Positions 60,466 through 64,000 of a stretch of 64,000 nucleotides of DNA are shown here, piece by piece (within the stretch, counting starts at the first letter, position 1; every line of letters starts with the position of its first letter). This DNA is from Camelus ferus. Lineage: Eukaryota. The stretch lies in the NCBI RefSeq assembly GCF_009834535.1, contig NC_045696.1, positions 6,822,001 through 6,886,000 of the forward strand. The letters run 5' to 3'. Below the pieces are notes generated by a model that worked only from the letters and a program-made list of their open reading frames with translations, made no database searches and had not been told where the DNA came from. The position numbers and the translations under genes are program-made.

Positions 60466-61600
60466 GAATGTTCAGGGGGTTTCAGTTGTGTTTAGTGGAA
60501 GGAATAGAGAAAAGTACATCCATACCATTTTCCTAGGAGTTGAAATTGGGAAATTATTTGTAAATAGAGAGAAAGAAGAAAGAAGGACAAAGGACAAAAA
60601 CAAAGGAGAATGGAATGGTGTTTTCTTGTTTTCCTTTCTCCTGAGAGATCTGTGCTGTTGAGAATCAGTTGTGAAGTACCTAACAAAGGGGTCACCACCT
60701 CTCCCTTCCCTCCCCTGTCCAAGCAGAAGTTCAAGCTGAAAATGTAGCAAGAAACACAAGACAATGATATGATTTCTATCAATAAATATTCCCCATTCTC
60801 CAGCCCAGTAAATGTCACATTTGGTTATGAAATTGAATTTTGCAAAATAACATTTTAAAAATATTCCTCCAACTTAGTGTCTTTTATAACTATTGACACA
60901 GATGAGAGAGTGAAGTAGCACATCTCTTTGTCCCCTATGCCCTTTCTCATGCATGCATAAGTAATAGACTGACTTTCAGTGATTCCTATAACTGGGCTCT
61001 CAGCTGCCTGTTTGGCTCCCCTATGACCCAGGTCAGCAGGGATGTGTTCAGTTTTGAAAACAAGCATCCACTTCACTTCCCTGGACACTGACAGTGCCCA
61101 AGAGGGGCCTGGCTTGGGAAGGAACTGTTACTGTGCTCCATTGGGTTCCCCATCTCACTAGAGAATTTCCACATATGTTATCCAACAGTGGATAGCTTAG
61201 TCTTAAGTTTCATCATTGGATTAATTTCCGGTCAAAAAACTTGATCATAGCTCTCCCAAGGGCTGTTCATTATCATACCTCACAAGACTGAGCCATAAGT
61301 GAATGAGTGAATGGATGGACGAATGAACCCCTTGCTCTTCATTTACAACCCAGCCAGTTCTTGAGGGAGAACATGGCAAATTGCCTCATGGGAACACAGC
61401 ACAGCTCGAGCCGAGGAAGCTAAGCTCATTCCTACCAATGGAAACTACAGGCAGAAGTTAAAAGTCAGGGTGTAGAGCTCTCAGCAACTGTTTTCTCTGG
61501 ATAACCCAGAAAATGGAGAAAAATTATTTTATCTCCCCAAAGGGGCTAGAGAGAAGAGCCTGCCACAGTACCTTTGCACAGGGCTCCCTAATACAACATT

Positions 61601-61740
61601 GGGGGAGGGTATTGCTCAAGTGGTAGAGCGCATGCTTAGTGTGCACAAGGTCCTGAGTTCAATCTCCAGTACCTCCTCTAAAAATAAATAAACAAATAAA
61701 CCTAGTTACCACCCCCTCAAAAAATTTTTTTAAAAAGAGC
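61601..61740 (+). mobile_element. Camelid tRNA-derived SINE (Vic-1-like)
   Basis: 'gggggagggtattgctcaagtggtagagcgcatgcttag...aggtcctgagttcaatctccagtacctcc' with Pol III A/B boxes, then (AAAT)n, 'cctagttaccaccccc' and an A tail; degenerate TSD aatacaacatt/aaaagaacagt. Confidence 0.88.
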
Positions 61741-64000
61741 AAAAGAACAGTGCATCATTAGACAAACAAAAGGCATTCTAGTGACCGTATTCGTCTCATC
61801 ATTGGATTTGGGCAACTCCTTAAAAGAGGATTCAACCTGCTGGGTCAGGCAAACTTTTCTAAGCATCCCTTATAGGACAAAGTAAGCAGTTAACAGTCAT
61901 TACTAGTTCTTGTCACTTCACCTCCGCCACTACCCCCATCACCTCTGATTGAAAAAAAAAGAAACAACTGCATCCAAACAAAAGCAAAAGAAACTGGGGA
62001 TTTTTTTTCCCTTGAACTATGACCTCATCTTTGAAACAATTTAAAAAGAGCTCTTACATGTCATTTTTTGCACCACTTCGAGCAGAAATCCTTCTGGAAC
62101 ATTCTGGACAAATGATCAGTCAGCTTCTCATGTCAGGAAACTCATGACTGTGCAAGGAAACCTTTTTCGTTCTATTCACTCTTCAGTTTTGTTTTGGGAT
62201 TTTGCTTCCTCTTCTTTGGAAACAAAGAGATGAATTCTTTTTATTTTTCTGGTTGTTCCTAAGTTTGTCATCACTGTTGTCTCTAGAAATCATGGTTCCG
62301 AGAATGACAGGTCCTACAACAGAAGTATGCACAGGGATGCAAAGAATGGTCACTAGAAAAGGGGTAGCCAGGGGCAACGTCAAACAAGAGGCCAAATCCA
62401 AACTGATCCTCAAAGACAAGTAGGAGCTAACTGTGCAGGCCAAGAAAGCAGGGAAAGGAATGGAGCAAGGCAATGCGTTCCGGTACCCAAAGGGGCTCAT
62501 TTGGCTGGAACAGAGTTTAGAAGCAGGGAGTGATGGGAAATGAGCCTGGGGAGGTAGGTGGAAGCCAGGTCCTGATTTACCCCAGAATGGGGCAGAGTTG
62601 GGAGTGCAGAGCTAGCGGAGGACTCCCTGTGCTCGGAACCTGTATCATGTGCAAAAGGAAAAGAAAAGGGAAAAGAAAGGAAGTAATATGGAGTCTTCCC
62701 CCTTTCCTCTTGTGAACAGAGAGGGTTAGCAAAGCAGGTGGCTGCGACGAAGGTAGGTGGGGGAGGCATCGGCCACTGTAAGGTTTCGGATTCCAGGAAA
62801 ACGGCTCTGGAGGTGAGACAAGAGCCTCAGAGAGATGCTGGCCCAGAAGGGAGGCAACAGATTGAGAGAAATGAGACTGAGAGGGAATTCCAGGCTGCTT
62901 CCAAGATTCCATACTTTGTGGTTGAGCCCTGGGAAGCAGGTGGAACCTAGAGCAGGTGCGTCCTGAGACAGGCGCGCCTGCCCGGGTTGGCAGCAGTGAG
63001 GCAGGCTCCCAAATCTCTCTGGAGATTTCAGCCTGGGATCTTCTCGGTGCCTCCCCGCACTCCAGCTCAGCATTCTCCTCAAAGGAAACTTCTTGCTATG
63101 ATGTGGGTGACAACGCTTGTCCTATATTTTATGATATTTCCAGGAGCTCTAGGAAAGGAGGAATGAGTCACTCATCAATATTCCAAGGAACCAGCCACAC
63201 TGGGCATTCATGAAACACTGCTGGGAAGCCTGGAGGGGAGCCCCCGGGGTTTTGAGCAGGGGAGGACACACGCAGAGCTTTGGAGAAATTCTGCAGCCGT
63301 GTGGTCCAGCAGTTTTCTAACACTTAGCCCTGCAGTCTGTCCCTCTAGGCAGGAGAAGTTCATGTGCTCAGCATGCTTCCAAGAAAGAACCCCAGGTGAT
63401 GCTCCAAGTCCTTTCCTCTCACCTAAGATTTGAGGTGATGTAAAAGCACCACCTTGAATTCATGTAATTTATTTTTGTAAGACATACTGATACCCCAGTG
63501 CAGTAGGCCCCTCCCTAGTCTGGTCACATGGCCACAACATGGCCACAGTGACGGCATCTTAAGAAACCCAGCAGGGTGACCTGTACACAAAGAACCTTAG
63601 AAAGGGTATCTCCATGAGGCAGGGACTCTCAGCCTTTTGCAAAGGAGGCCATGTCACCAAAGCATCCTGCGTGGCCTGCCCAGTAAGAATTTCACCTCCT
63701 CCTTCAAACACCCCCCTACACATTTTTTACCCTGAATCATATCTTTAGATCACCATAGGAGCCTTTCACTGAGCAAATCAAGGATAAAAACTATATTATG
63801 TAAAATTGTACCACAGCCCAGTGGACAAGCTCTTAATTCTTGAAACTCCCTTAGCCTCTGAGAGAGAGCTCCCGGGGTTTCCCCAAGGTGCTCCCACAAG
63901 TTCAGGCCTTGGCACCCTTCCTCCTCCCCCAGCTTCAAGCATCACCCCAACTCCAGCCTCTGTCTCCCTCCTGAGCAGCTCGGCCTGCCCTCCATGGTCC

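Noticed and set aside
60116..60661. 181-aa hydrophobic 'membrane protein' ORF
   Set aside because: Antisense reading of A-rich L1 ORF2 plus a Tigger1 fragment.
61601..61676. tRNA gene
   Set aside because: Followed by a SINE-type (AAAT)n/C-rich/A tail with a degenerate TSD, and the stems carry mismatches; it is a SINE head.
1..64000. Assignment of a gene name or a novel multi-component system
   Set aside because: No coding exon, miRNA or snoRNA was recognised. Naming the locus needs a BLAST or liftover of 4480-6200 to an annotated genome.

Overview
Mammalian, almost certainly camelid, genomic DNA. The evidence is a Vic-1-like tRNA-derived SINE at 61601-61740 and a young camelid-type L1 3' end at 57783-58011. 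No known protein-coding gene or RNA gene could be recognised; the long ORFs examined are explained by GC-richness or repeats. The main functional landmark is a CpG island at about 4480-5860 with promoter motifs and strong splice signals on both strands, suggesting divergent or overlapping non-coding or 5'-UTR transcripts. The other ~56 kb is intergenic or intronic and rich in ancient repeats (MIR, L2, L3/CR1, L1M, MLT1/MLT2/LTR16, MER5/MER58/MER91/Tigger1), with a few younger insertions flanked by target-site duplications (TSDs), microsatellites and a 23-bp minisatellite. I found no convincing novel multi-gene system. The most unusual item is a ~195-bp TSD-flanked, A-tailed insertion of unrecognised sequence at 19495-19688. 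Repeat family names come from recalled consensus sequences, not a database search, and boundaries of old repeats are approximate.
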